This document shows, piece after piece, positions 28,249-38,414 of a stretch of DNA of 64,000 bases. The notes below the pieces were generated by a model, which had not been told where the DNA came from, did no database searches, and saw only the letters and a list, made by a program, of their open reading frames with translations. The translations under genes and the position numbers were made by a program. Position 1 is the stretch's first letter, and each line of letters opens with the position of its first letter. The stretch comes from Candidatus Moraniibacteriota bacterium (lineage in GTDB: Bacteria; Patescibacteriota; Minisyncoccia; Moranbacterales; UBA1568): the NCBI GenBank assembly GCA_903859375.1, contig CAIOMK010000030.1, positions 5,238-69,237 of the forward strand, written 5' to 3'.

Positions 28249-29373
28249 ATGCTCGAAGAAAAGAACGTCCTCCTCGTCACCCGGCCACTGTGTCTCCCGT
28301 GGGACGAAGCATCCAAGAATTTCGCCTATTTTCTCGCCAAATCCATATCTGGTCCGTCATTGTCCGTCCTCACTCACGGCATCATACGCGGTCTGCCCGA
28401 ATCGGTCACACAAAAGCAGATATATTCGTCCGGCCGATTCGATTCTCCGGCCAAAATACGCCTTTTTTTCTCGCTTCTTTTTTCGCGTGGATCATACGAC
28501 ATCACTCACTATCTTTTCACGCCCACAAAGGTGAGTTCGTCTTTGTTCAAGACGATACTCCATCCGACGAAAGGCAAAACCATCCAGACCGTCGCCACAT
28601 TGCGGGAAGATCTCTATGCGACCGAGGATCTTCGAAGTATTTTTTTTGCAGACCGCATCATCACCTATTCCGACACCTCGAAGAAGCGTCTCGATGAGAT
28701 CGGATTCACGAATGTCAAGCGGATCTATCCGGGAATCGACCTCGAACTTTATCAGTCCAAACCGAAAGACCCGTCGCTCATGGCATGGTTCAAATTTACG
28801 GAAGAGGATTTCATCGTCATCTATCCGGGAGAATACGTACGCCTCGGTGCGACAGACATGCTTGCGGACGGCCTGATCGCCCATTATCGGGAACAGCCGG
28901 AATCAAAACTGCGTTTCATGTGGGCATGCCGTATCAAGAACGAGGCGGATGCGAGAAAAAAGGAAGAGGTGCGCAAGAAGTTCGCCGATGCTGGAATGGA
29001 AGACCGTTTCCTTTTTTCGGATACCTTTGCCGATATGCCGAAGCTGTACAACCTGGCGGACGTCATCGCGTTCCCGGTCGGCGACATGAAAGGAAAGTTC
29101 GACGTCCCGCTTATCATCATCGAGGCATATGCCTGTGGCAAGCCGGTCATTCTTTCCGATATTCCCCTCTTCCATGAGTTTTCGAATGCGGATATTTCGG
29201 CGACCGTTCCGCGCGGAGACGGCAAAGCCTTCTTCTCGGTCGTAGACGAATTGGCTCATGACAAAAATCGCGTGGAGACGATGGGAAAGGCCGCCCGTGC
29301 CTATGTCGAAAAGGAGTTCGACCTGCTCGTGACCGCGAAACAGTACACGGAAGTCTACCGAAGTCTCGAGTAA
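28249..29373 (+). CDS. GT-B fold glycosyltransferase (divergent GT4-like)
   Basis: 374 aa. C-terminal half has a GT4-like pattern (FPVGDMKGKFDVPLIIIEAYACGKPVILSD). The N-terminal half is divergent. Confidence 0.5.
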   Translation: MLEEKNVLLVTRPLCLPWDEASKNFAYFLAKSISGPSLSVLTHGIIRGLPESVTQKQIYSSGRFDSPAKIRLFFSLLFSRGSYDITHYLFTPTKVSSSLFKTILHPTKGKTIQTVATLREDLYATEDLRSIFFADRIITYSDTSKKRLDEIGFTNVKRIYPGIDLELYQSKPKDPSLMAWFKFTEEDFIVIYPGEYVRLGATDMLADGLIAHYREQPESKLRFMWACRIKNEADARKKEEVRKKFADAGMEDRFLFSDTFADMPKLYNLADVIAFPVGDMKGKFDVPLIIIEAYACGKPVILSDIPLFHEFSNADISATVPRGDGKAFFSVVDELAHDKNRVETMGKAARAYVEKEFDLLVTAKQYTEVYRSLE

Positions 29374-29418
29374 TCCCCTCTCAGACGGTCCGGTTCACAT
29401 AATCCGCAACGCAAACGT

Positions 29419-29688
29419 ATGAACACAGAAAAACCGATCCACATCGCGACGATTTCAATCCTCGTGAAGGAGCGCGAGACGCATGCCGGAATAGTGAACG
29501 AGATTCTCTCCCGGCACGGCGACCGCATCATCGCGCGTCTCGGTGTGAATCTCGGTCGTGCCGGCGTACGCACATACAGCGGACTTATCGAAATCGTCAT
29601 CGAAGGGTCAAACGAAGAAATCAAATCGCTCTCCGACGAGCTCGATGCCCTCTATGGCATCGTCGCCAAGACAAACATTTTGGATTGA
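29419..29688 (+). CDS. TM1266-family ACT-like small protein (family annotated as 'iron-only hydrogenase system regulator')
   Basis: 89 aa. Pattern IATISILVKERE..VNEILSRHGDRIIARLGV.....GLIEIVIEGSNEEIKSLSDELDALYGIVAKT matches the TM1266-like family as remembered. No search was run. Confidence 0.45.
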   Translation: MNTEKPIHIATISILVKERETHAGIVNEILSRHGDRIIARLGVNLGRAGVRTYSGLIEIVIEGSNEEIKSLSDELDALYGIVAKTNILD

Positions 29689-29721
29689 CCCGCCCGCTCA
29701 TCCGTTCAATCTGTTTTTATT

Positions 29722-30462
29722 GTGAATGCAGACACACTGCACCGTGCCGATATCATAGAGCAGTCACTCGTTGATACGGTCCGAAAAGCTCTGAGTACCG
29801 ATCTCGTCAGTTTGTTTGTCGTAGGCAGTTACGCGAACTATGACATCGTTGAAGGATACAGCGACTATGACGTGCTCGCTTTCGTCGATACCCCCGACCC
29901 GGCAGGCTCACAAATCGATTTCGCAGTCCTTTCGAAAAAGTACGCAGTCGAAATCAAATGCACGGTTCGTCCGTTGTCCGATTTTAAAAACAGGATCCTC
30001 GACAACGACCGTGCAACGAGATTCGTCGGCAATCTCACGTTGCTCGACTTGAAACTTCACGCCCGGCTACTGTACGGAAAAGATATAGTCTCATTGATAC
30101 CGGACGTCCGGGACTTGCTCACAAGAGATCTTCAATCCGAATTACAGGCAGAATATACGCATGCCCTCGACGTAGACAAAGAGAAGAACATCTTTGTCCG
30201 TGAACCGAGGGACTGGTGCAACTATGTCATCAACATGTGTGGCGCCCTTTTACTTGCCGTAGGAATATCGGCGCGAAAGGATACCTATCCGGAGCTGATT
30301 TCACGTCATCATCCGGAGTTCGGAGGTGTACCGTATCTCAAGGAAGCGTTGCAGTTGAGGTCGACGATGAGTGTGCTTCATGTGAGCGACACAGAGCGGG
30401 ATAATTTCAAAAATGTCCTTGCCCTTTTCTTGGATGAATATAGAAGGTATACTTTTAAATGA
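29722..30462 (+). CDS. pol-beta superfamily nucleotidyltransferase (KNTase-like, NTase plus helical domain)
   Basis: GTG start. GS-x11-DYD motif (VVGSYANYDIVEGYSDYDVLAF) followed by an alpha-helical C-terminal domain. Confidence 0.6.
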   Translation: MNADTLHRADIIEQSLVDTVRKALSTDLVSLFVVGSYANYDIVEGYSDYDVLAFVDTPDPAGSQIDFAVLSKKYAVEIKCTVRPLSDFKNRILDNDRATRFVGNLTLLDLKLHARLLYGKDIVSLIPDVRDLLTRDLQSELQAEYTHALDVDKEKNIFVREPRDWCNYVINMCGALLLAVGISARKDTYPELISRHHPEFGGVPYLKEALQLRSTMSVLHVSDTERDNFKNVLALFLDEYRRYTFK

Positions 30463-32009
30463 GCCTTTTCGGCATTCCTCAACCTCATAATGACGACCTT
30501 ATGACGAACGACCAGCGATTCACAAAGAAAGGCGACTTCAAGAGCGAGATGAAGACCGACCGGATGAAAGTACCGGTCGTGTTTCATATCCAAGACGATC
30601 TCCTGCCGGCCGAAGGCACACTCGCCCAGCTCGAAAGCGTCGCAAGCAACGACGGCCTGTTCCGCCATATCGCCGCGATGGCCGATGTCCACTCCAAGCC
30701 GGGACGCAAGAACGCGACCGGCACGACGGTAGCCTCGGAAAAATTCATACTCCCGCAGGTGAACGATACCGATCCGGCATGCGGTATGCGTCTCGTACGG
30801 ACGAACCTGACCGAGGATGATCTTTCCTCGGAGGACATCGATACGCTCTTCGCCGCGCTCGTCGACCGTGTCCCGACCAAGGCCCTCGTCGGCACAGTAC
30901 TCCCCTACCGTGTCATCGTGGACATCTGTCGCAAAGGCGTGGGTGCCGCCGTCGAATACCTCGGGATCGAGACGAAATACGAGCGGGAAAATTCTCTTGA
31001 CCGTGGAAACTTTTTTGGAGAAGAGGTTTCCAAAAAGAAAATCTATGAAGTCATACCACGACTGTTTCTCTTCTTCGCGAAATTCCGATTGGGCATACTC
31101 GGAGCCGCCGGCAACCACTTCCTCGACCTGATGAAGGTCACCGACCTGCCGGACCCGGTGCTTGCGGAAAAGCTCGGGATCAGGAAAGGACAGTATGTCT
31201 TCATGATTCACTGCGGTTCCGGCATCCTCGGTCAATACACGATGTACATGTACACCGCCAAGAAGCGTGAGCATCTTTCGCAGGCGTTCATGGCGTGGCT
31301 CGGACGGATGACGTTTTTCACGTCACGCAGACATGTCATCGACGCCATCGCAACGAAAATCAAAGACTTCGATTTCGGCACCAAAGAAGAGCTCTTCACC
31401 TTCGACGGCGACGGCGAGGACGGGCGCATATATATGGAGGCACGCAACGCCTGCTCAAACTTTGCCCATGCGAATCGCGCCATCATCGCGCACAATGTGT
31501 CGCAAACGATCAAGGAAGTCCTCGGGCGTGATCCGGGCTTCGAGCTCGTCTATGATATGCCACACATCCTGGTTTCCGAGGAGGAACACTACGGCAAGAG
31601 CGCATGGATCCACCGCAACGGCACGAGCCGTGCCTACGGGCCGACCCGCATGGCAGGCCATCCCGTTTTCAGCGAGACAGGCGAACCGGCTTTCATCCCG
31701 ACTTCGATGTCGACAGACGGCTATCTCTGTGTCGGTACGGATGGCAACGAATCGACGTTCTTCTCCTGCAACCACGGTGCCGGCAAACCCAAAGTCGCCG
31801 CCGAATCGGTCGTCCCGACCAGTCGCGAAGAGCTCGACAAAAAACTCGAGGCAAGAGGTGTCCGTCTCTATAACGGTCGCTCATCCAAAGTCATCGAACA
31901 GGATTCCGCCCATTACAAGAACGCCGATGCCGTCATCGCGAGCGTCAAGGAGAACAATATCGTCAAACCCGTCGCCAAACTCCAGCCGGTCGCGGTGATC
32001 ATGTACTAA
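30459..32009 (+). CDS. rtcB: RtcB-family RNA 3'-phosphate/5'-OH ligase
   Basis: ATGA overlap with the NTase stop. Conserved RtcB metal and GMP-binding residues are present: DTDPACGMR, GNHF, HCGSG, HNV and CNHGAG. Confidence 0.8.
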   Translation: MSLFGIPQPHNDDLMTNDQRFTKKGDFKSEMKTDRMKVPVVFHIQDDLLPAEGTLAQLESVASNDGLFRHIAAMADVHSKPGRKNATGTTVASEKFILPQVNDTDPACGMRLVRTNLTEDDLSSEDIDTLFAALVDRVPTKALVGTVLPYRVIVDICRKGVGAAVEYLGIETKYERENSLDRGNFFGEEVSKKKIYEVIPRLFLFFAKFRLGILGAAGNHFLDLMKVTDLPDPVLAEKLGIRKGQYVFMIHCGSGILGQYTMYMYTAKKREHLSQAFMAWLGRMTFFTSRRHVIDAIATKIKDFDFGTKEELFTFDGDGEDGRIYMEARNACSNFAHANRAIIAHNVSQTIKEVLGRDPGFELVYDMPHILVSEEEHYGKSAWIHRNGTSRAYGPTRMAGHPVFSETGEPAFIPTSMSTDGYLCVGTDGNESTFFSCNHGAGKPKVAAESVVPTSREELDKKLEARGVRLYNGRSSKVIEQDSAHYKNADAVIASVKENNIVKPVAKLQPVAVIMY

Positions 32010-32018
32010 ACGATTTGC

Positions 32019-32052
32019 ATAATAAACAACGACCCACTCTCTGCTGAGAGGG
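32019..32052. terminator. intrinsic terminator after rtcB
   Basis: ACGACCC-(15 nt loop)-GGGTCGT followed by TTTTTG. Confidence 0.5.
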
Positions 32053-32066
32053 GTCGTTTTTGTATC

Positions 32067-32300
32067 TTACGAAATATACCCGCCGGCCCATTCCGCATAC
32101 AACCGATCCAGCCGGAGTTTCAATGCGACGATCACGTGTATCCTTGAATAATCGATCATGCCGGTTCTTCGGGAATATTCTTCCGCGAGTCTCATCTCCT
32201 TCGCGATGGAGTTCTTCGTCTGCGCGATCTTGGTAGGCCGGTAATTTCCGCCTCCTAATGAAAACAGTCTGCTGACCGCCTTTTGATTCAGGAATGCCAT
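32067..32300 (-). CDS. hypothetical small protein
   Basis: 77 aa ORF downstream of the Wzy-like gene on the same strand. No motifs recognised. Confidence 0.25.
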   Translation of the reverse strand: MAFLNQKAVSRLFSLGGGNYRPTKIAQTKNSIAKEMRLAEEYSRRTGMIDYSRIHVIVALKLRLDRLYAEWAGGYIS

Positions 32301-32379
32301 ATTCGTCTCCGTTGACCTGTTATTGACGTAAAGAAACTATAATCGAACCTCATGACACTAGCGAACGATGAGGAATATG

Positions 32380-33690
32380 TCAATCATCAGACGTTGTGAT
32401 GCCGAGCGCGACGAAGAGAAACAGCAATCCGAAGTTGGAGTCCCAGAGGAAGTGATCGAGAAGAAGGCTTGGCAGAAAGACAAGGAATGTTCCGGCAAGG
32501 GTCGGGACATTTTTCTTTCGTAGCCACGGGAGCGCGAGTGAACCAAAGAAACAGAGTGACAAGACGAGACCCGGTATGCCGAGTTCGGAACAGATGAGCA
32601 GTGGCACGTCATGTGCCGGCTGGATATCCCAGAGAGGTTGTTCCGGTCGCAGTCGTATCAATTCCGCCGTCATATTCCCAACGCCGACTCCGAGAAGCGG
32701 ATGGACACAGATGATCCCGAGTGCGTCACGATAAGTCGTCATCCGGTCGGTCACTGACCGTTCCTGTCCGACTGTCGCCTGATCGAATCGAGGGAACACT
32801 GCCTCACGCAAGATGAAGGAAAATATAACACTGGAAAGCACGACGACACTTATCGTCGCGTACAGACGCATCCTGATGTGTCTCCCGCCACTGATAATCG
32901 TTTGTGCCATCAGGAAGGCGAATCCGATAGCGAACCCGGCCCATGCCGATCTGGAAAACGACAAGATGAGTCCGAGCAGAATAACCGGGACCACTCCGAC
33001 CGTCACGACCCTTTCAATCGTCTGTTCGGCACCGCGTGTCATCGACATGATCCGATGGGCCACCAAGAGCAATCCGACCGCAAGGAACAGCCCATATATA
33101 TTCGGGTGAGGAAAGGTCCCATATGCGCGGAGGAACCGTCCGGTATCGTTTTTCAATACCGATGTCCCCGCTTGCCAGGATTCATACGCGCTCGTCCCGA
33201 GCAAAGACGAGCGGAAACTCTCCTGCATCAGAAACTGCCCTATGCCTATACCGGCCTGTATGACGACGGCAAGGAGCAACACCGATATGACCTGTCTCAA
33301 CTTTCCACGACGCACCATATCCCGAGTCATGACAAACGCATCCGCAACGAGAAGAATCTTACAAAACGAATACATGGCCAGCATCGCATCCTGCGCCCAC
33401 AGAAGAGACAGACCCGACCACAATACGAACAGGAGCAAAAATGCATCAGTTTTTCTTTCCCGCCACAACGTCTCCATCCTGATGCCGATCGATATGTTCT
33501 GTATTTCTTTTTCTCGCGAGATCGCCACGATCAGTATCGCGATGGCCAGCACCAGTGATGAAGCATATATTCCGATCGTCCCATACTGCCATTTTTCACC
33601 ACCGATCATCGGCTCACGCAACAAATACACCGTCTGAAACGGCAGAATGAAGAGAAAAAACAGGAATAGTGAATCAGAAATTTTCCGCAT
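32380..33690 (-). CDS. O-antigen ligase/polymerase-family (Wzy_C) membrane protein, second copy
   Basis: 436 aa, about 11 TM helices. SRSAWAG motif in a periplasmic loop. Confidence 0.6.
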   Translation of the reverse strand: MRKISDSLFLFFLFILPFQTVYLLREPMIGGEKWQYGTIGIYASSLVLAIAILIVAISREKEIQNISIGIRMETLWRERKTDAFLLLFVLWSGLSLLWAQDAMLAMYSFCKILLVADAFVMTRDMVRRGKLRQVISVLLLAVVIQAGIGIGQFLMQESFRSSLLGTSAYESWQAGTSVLKNDTGRFLRAYGTFPHPNIYGLFLAVGLLLVAHRIMSMTRGAEQTIERVVTVGVVPVILLGLILSFSRSAWAGFAIGFAFLMAQTIISGGRHIRMRLYATISVVVLSSVIFSFILREAVFPRFDQATVGQERSVTDRMTTYRDALGIICVHPLLGVGVGNMTAELIRLRPEQPLWDIQPAHDVPLLICSELGIPGLVLSLCFFGSLALPWLRKKNVPTLAGTFLVFLPSLLLDHFLWDSNFGLLFLFVALGITTSDD

Positions 33691-33884
33691 GGATATCTCG
33701 TATTATTGCCCATTATAGCACTTTCTGGTACTCTAACGATAGGTTTGTAAGGGTTTCTGTAGGCTTATTGGAGACAATCGGTCCCGCTCGTCTTCATTTC
33801 CTGGGATTCCTGTTCCATTCGCGCCTCGTGCCGTATCCGGTATATGCATGGGAGCGTCGCACCTTCTTTCGGTTATTGAACGAT

Positions 33885-34499
33885 ATGTTGATAATCACCT
33901 TCTCCGGTACGGACGGGTCCGGGAAATCCACCCAGCTCGACCTTCTCCGGAAACATTTTGAAAGGATAGGCAAGAACGTCGCATATTTCCATGCGATAGA
34001 GTTTTCGCTGGCCAACAGGCTGAGCCGTGCAATCAAAGGGACAAAAACATTCACCCCGGGTCACGAGAAGGCATCGACGACCGCATCCCCGTTCCTGATA
34101 CTTCTGAGAAAGACGTTCCTTCTGATTGATCTTATCCGCTTCCGACTCTTTCTGCACGTCCTCCGCCAAGATGGCATCGATGTCCTCGTCTCGGACCGAT
34201 ACTTTTACGATTCGGTCGTCAACATCGAGTTCCTTGCCGGCTCCACCGGGAGAGAACGGTCGTTCCAGTTTTTCGACGAATTCATCCCTTCCCCGAACTG
34301 GTCATTCTTTCTCGATGTCGAACCGGATGTCATCGCGTCCCGTGAGCGGGTTCCGGAACAGGGAATAGAATACCTGACCCGTAAACACTCTCTCTTCCAA
34401 TCCGACGTGAAGCGTTGGGATCTCATCGTCATCGACGGCAACGGCGACCCCGAAGACATCAGCAGGCATATCTGGAAACGCATAGAAAAAACCTCCTGA
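33885..34499 (+). CDS. thymidylate kinase-like P-loop kinase
   Basis: Start at the ATG at 33885 (MLIITFSGTDGSGKSTQ), avoiding overlap with the upstream gene. P-loop G-x-DGSGKST and DRYFYDS (the TMPK DRY motif). Confidence 0.55.
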   Translation: MLIITFSGTDGSGKSTQLDLLRKHFERIGKNVAYFHAIEFSLANRLSRAIKGTKTFTPGHEKASTTASPFLILLRKTFLLIDLIRFRLFLHVLRQDGIDVLVSDRYFYDSVVNIEFLAGSTGRERSFQFFDEFIPSPNWSFFLDVEPDVIASRERVPEQGIEYLTRKHSLFQSDVKRWDLIVIDGNGDPEDISRHIWKRIEKTS

Positions 34500-34553
34500 T
34501 ATGTATCCGGTCCGAGAGATATTTTCTCATATTTTCATAAGACGAACACATCG

Positions 34554-36020
34554 ATGAAACACTTTTCCCGTGCCCTCTTGTGGCTCACCGTTTCCGAAAT
34601 AATTTTCAACGCCTCGGGGTATCTCATCCATTCCGTACTCGGACGATTGCTCGGACCGGCAGAGTACGGCCGATACGGTCTCATCGTGAATCTCACGACC
34701 ACCGTCATCATCCTCATCGGCAACGGCATTCCGACGGCAATGTCGAAATATCTCAGTGAGATATTCGAGACGCATCCCGAGAACATCCTCGGCATCAAAC
34801 GCAAAACGGTTCTCCTACAGACGATCGTCATGTCGGTGGTCACGCTCTTGTTTTTCCTGCTCGCACCCGCGGTCGCATCACTCCTCGGCGATCCGACCCT
34901 CACCCCGCTGTTCCAGCTCTCATCGCTCATCATCCCCGCTTTCGCCGCCGCGTCGTTTTATTTCTCGTATTTCACCGGCCTTCATTTTTTCCGGCTTCAG
35001 GCCGCACTCAAAACGACTCGCGCGATCACACGGATGGTTTTCATCATCCTGCTCGCCTGGTTTTTCGGCGTAAAGGGCGCCGTCGCCGGCTATATCGTCT
35101 CCCCGCTCGTCGTGTTCGGCGTCGCGCTCCTGCTCGATTTCATCTGGACCAAGAAATATTTCCCAGCCGTCGCGGAAAAAATATCTACGGCCTTTCCCGC
35201 CAAAAAACTTCTCGACTACGCCTGGCCACTCACGTTGTTCCTGCTTTTTTATCAGCTTATCACCTCACTCGATCTGTTCCTCGTGAAAGCGCTTCTGCGT
35301 GACGACCACCTGACCGGTCTCTATAATGCCGTCATCACCGTCGGCAATATCCCGTATTATCTCTTCTACGCGCTCACCATCATCTTGTTGCCGGCGATAT
35401 CCAAGACATCGGCGAACCGCGACGAGGCCGAGACCAGGTCCCTCGTCAACAAATCTTTGCGACTGCTCGCACTCATCTTATTCCCCATCGTCACATTGCT
35501 GTCGGTTTATGCCGGGCCGGTCATCAACCTGTTCTACGGCACCGCCTATGCCGATGCAACCGCTTCCATGGGAGTCTTCGCGATAGGCAACGGATTCCTG
35601 ACCGCCTTCTACGTCCTCGCATTCGCCGTCAGCGGAGCGGGACTGGTCCGGATCCCCATGTACGTCGCCGGCGTCGGCCTCGTCGCCTCGGGGGCGCTCA
35701 ATGCGTTCCTTATTCCCCTCTATGGAATCGTCGGCTCGGCGATCGCCACATCGGTTGTCGCGTTCATGCTCATGGTCGGCATCCTTATCTTCACCGACCG
35801 ACATTTCAAGGTCCGCATTCCTTTGAAATTATGGCTTGTCTCATTCGGCTCCTCCCTTATACTGATACTTTTTGCCGGACTGCTTCCGCAAGGCAGTATT
35901 TCTTTCATGGTATGTGGTGGAGTCCTGTTCCTGCTTCATTTCGGAATACTCCGAGTCTTCGGCGTTCTCGACAATGCCGATTTCGCCCCACTACTCCGTT
36001 TCATTCCCGGTCGCGCATGA
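34554..36020 (+). CDS. wzx: polysaccharide/oligosaccharide flippase (MOP superfamily, Wzx-like)
   Basis: 488 aa, about 12-14 TM helices. Composition and size typical of Wzx/RfbX lipid-linked oligosaccharide flippases. Confidence 0.65.
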   Translation: MKHFSRALLWLTVSEIIFNASGYLIHSVLGRLLGPAEYGRYGLIVNLTTTVIILIGNGIPTAMSKYLSEIFETHPENILGIKRKTVLLQTIVMSVVTLLFFLLAPAVASLLGDPTLTPLFQLSSLIIPAFAAASFYFSYFTGLHFFRLQAALKTTRAITRMVFIILLAWFFGVKGAVAGYIVSPLVVFGVALLLDFIWTKKYFPAVAEKISTAFPAKKLLDYAWPLTLFLLFYQLITSLDLFLVKALLRDDHLTGLYNAVITVGNIPYYLFYALTIILLPAISKTSANRDEAETRSLVNKSLRLLALILFPIVTLLSVYAGPVINLFYGTAYADATASMGVFAIGNGFLTAFYVLAFAVSGAGLVRIPMYVAGVGLVASGALNAFLIPLYGIVGSAIATSVVAFMLMVGILIFTDRHFKVRIPLKLWLVSFGSSLILILFAGLLPQGSISFMVCGGVLFLLHFGILRVFGVLDNADFAPLLRFIPGRA

Positions 36021-36062
36021 CATCGGCGGATGGTACCCGACAGAACTCTCCAGACAAAAGAA

Positions 36063-36100
36063 AGCCCCCTCTAGCCGTTATGGCCGGAGGGGGTTTTGTT
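36063..36100. terminator. bidirectional intrinsic terminator between convergent wzx and the 36108-36662 gene
   Basis: CCCCCTC-(15 nt)-GAGGGGG stem with a T-run downstream on the plus strand and an A-run on the other side. Confidence 0.45.
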
Positions 36101-36107
36101 GTTGATA

Positions 36108-36662
36108 TCAGTTCATGTTCATGGGACGATCATTGAACAGTTCGAAGCTATGCACGCGTTCAAACCGTTCCTGACCCTCCGGAATATGAAGATATCCGAT
36201 AGACTCGACAGTGAGCATCGTGGCGTCGTCCTGTCCGTCATCAAGTTCGGGACAAGACTTGCCTTTTTTCTTCATCGCGCGATACCAGGGATTCGAGTTC
36301 ACCCGGTCAGCGACATACATTCTCGCCTGATCGGACAGCCAGTTCGATTCCATTTCCTCGCCGAGGAGTGATTTGTTCGCCCGTTTCTTCAGGGACTTCA
36401 ATTCATTCCTGAACTTCGGTTTCGTAAAATCTTCGAACTGACAGAGCAGGCTGTCTATGCACATCTGCATCGCGTTCGAATACCGGAAGTCGTCCTCGAA
36501 GTATTCATCCGCTTCCCCTTCATCGGTGATTCCAATCATGAACGCGATGAGGTCATCGATCCCCTCGGACTTGTCATCATCCAAAAAGAGCTCATGTTCT
36601 TCATTAACATCATAGAACAACAGGTTCAGGATGTCCCCGATATAAAACTTTCTCTTGCTCAT
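36108..36662 (-). CDS. hypothetical acidic cytoplasmic protein
   Basis: 184 aa, strongly acidic (D/E-rich). No recognisable family. Confidence 0.45.
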   Translation of the reverse strand: MSKRKFYIGDILNLLFYDVNEEHELFLDDDKSEGIDDLIAFMIGITDEGEADEYFEDDFRYSNAMQMCIDSLLCQFEDFTKPKFRNELKSLKKRANKSLLGEEMESNWLSDQARMYVADRVNSNPWYRAMKKKGKSCPELDDGQDDATMLTVESIGYLHIPEGQERFERVHSFELFNDRPMNMN

Positions 36663-36791
36663 TGTGAAGGTTCCGGTTTCGTTCCCGCAAACGCCGCGGT
36701 GGGCTCAGCCGTCTCTTTCAACGTCAGTGTAGCGCATATTCCCACAAAAATGCAATGTGACGCGGTTATCGTCCGCGGACGACCATGACGG

Positions 36792-38405
36792 TCATTTCCG
36801 GATTAGTTGCTCGATGGAAAATCTTCCATAGATGCCAAAGTCTGGGGCGCTGTATGTTTCAGCGACCGATTTCGTGAGTTTTCCCTTGCTCTTCGCATTT
36901 CCGATGAGGACGATCGGTTCGCTTCCGGTCAACTGCTTTTTTTTGGACAACGGCTTGAGGGCGACACCCTTTTGTGCCGTGAAATACTCGATCGATTTCA
37001 GATATTTGAAGATATAGGTCTGCTTGCCTTTCAGAAGCACCGTCTCGCCGGACTGGAAATGGCTTGTAATGTATTCCGCTATGCCCTCGACTTCCCCAAG
37101 GGTGATTTCGGTCGAGGTCGATCCACTGACCAGAGTCTTCCCGGAATGATCGAGGAAGGCCGTCCATACGGCCATACTATTCGTACACAGGACGATTGCG
37201 AGTATCGAGAGCGTCGCTATGAGCATCTGCTTCCGATATGTACCCGCGAATACGGAAAGTGCCTCTATCCACAATCCGAGCAGTATGAACGGGACGAACA
37301 TCGACGCCAGATAAAACCGCAAGGAGATCTCATTGGCAAGCGGTATGAACAGAATGAAATTTATCAGGGCATACATGCCGGTCAGCTGGAGAAAAAGCTT
37401 CACCTGTCCGTCCGTCGATTTTCTGATTGCGCGTATCCACAGCCACGCGCCACCGACTGAAAACAAGACGGAAAGGAATAGTCCCACCAGAAACGGCAAC
37501 TTTCCCGACAGGCCTTTCGCCTTTTGATAAGTCGAGATGACCATGTCGGTCCCACATTCGTCATCGTTGCCGATTCCGGAAATGATGAATGCGTCGGCCT
37601 GTGCCTGACATACGGCATCGGTCGCCAGATCTCCGAGAAGGGTCTTCCCGTTCGCCGTCTTCGTCGTCGTGGCTCCGAAGAATGCCTTTACGTTCGCACC
37701 GTTCGTCTGTGCCAGATCGATGACCTGTCCGATATTGAGCGCGAACGCCACGGCAAAGACGATCGCCGCCGGACGCCACAATGAAGGAGTCTTTCTGCCG
37801 ATGAACATGAAAAAGAGTAGCGCGGTTATCGGCATGACAACCAGAAGTACGGTGTGGAGCTGTACGCCGATGCCGAGCGCCACGCCGGCGACCAGAGCCC
37901 ACCGCAACTTCTTCACGGTCTTCGCGTCCGCAATCGCGAGCAGCGCGTAGAGGAACAGTATCGAATACAACGGCGCCGAATTCGGATTCCATGCGAAGCG
38001 AGCATACTTTATCGCGAAAACGCTCACACTTAGGCCGGCGGTCAGCAGGAGTGCCGTACGAGCCTGAAACGCCCTACGCATCAATAGAAACAGGAGCGGG
38101 ATGGTCAGTATGGACGCGAACAGGTCCGGATAGGCCATCTTGTCAGGGCTGTTTCCGAACACTTTCGCGGAAACGATCTGCAGATAATAAAATGCACCAC
38201 CGAGCTTGAACGTCGTGCCTCCTGCCTTCGGACCGAGCAACGGCCATGCCACATTGCCATCAACCACATGACTCACCAATGACGCGTCACGGGACTGATC
38301 CGCGTTGAACCGGAGCCAATCATGGAACTGATAGGTCCTGAGGAATATCCCGACCGATATGATGCCGAACAGGATGAGTGCGACTGTATTGATTCTTATC
38401 TTCAT
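36792..38405 (-). CDS. GT-C fold glycosyltransferase, ArnT/PMT-like (GT39/GT83-type), paralog A
   Basis: 537 aa, about 11-13 TM helices. N-terminal signature FLRTYQFHDWLRFNADQSRDA in the first extracytoplasmic loop. Divergent C-terminal soluble domain. Confidence 0.7.
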   Translation of the reverse strand: MKIRINTVALILFGIISVGIFLRTYQFHDWLRFNADQSRDASLVSHVVDGNVAWPLLGPKAGGTTFKLGGAFYYLQIVSAKVFGNSPDKMAYPDLFASILTIPLLFLLMRRAFQARTALLLTAGLSVSVFAIKYARFAWNPNSAPLYSILFLYALLAIADAKTVKKLRWALVAGVALGIGVQLHTVLLVVMPITALLFFMFIGRKTPSLWRPAAIVFAVAFALNIGQVIDLAQTNGANVKAFFGATTTKTANGKTLLGDLATDAVCQAQADAFIISGIGNDDECGTDMVISTYQKAKGLSGKLPFLVGLFLSVLFSVGGAWLWIRAIRKSTDGQVKLFLQLTGMYALINFILFIPLANEISLRFYLASMFVPFILLGLWIEALSVFAGTYRKQMLIATLSILAIVLCTNSMAVWTAFLDHSGKTLVSGSTSTEITLGEVEGIAEYITSHFQSGETVLLKGKQTYIFKYLKSIEYFTAQKGVALKPLSKKKQLTGSEPIVLIGNAKSKGKLTKSVAETYSAPDFGIYGRFSIEQLIRK

Positions 38406-38414
38406 ATGTTTTCA

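Noticed and set aside
30378-31274. 298-aa minus-strand ORF
   Set aside because: Antisense to rtcB, which carries all conserved RtcB residues.
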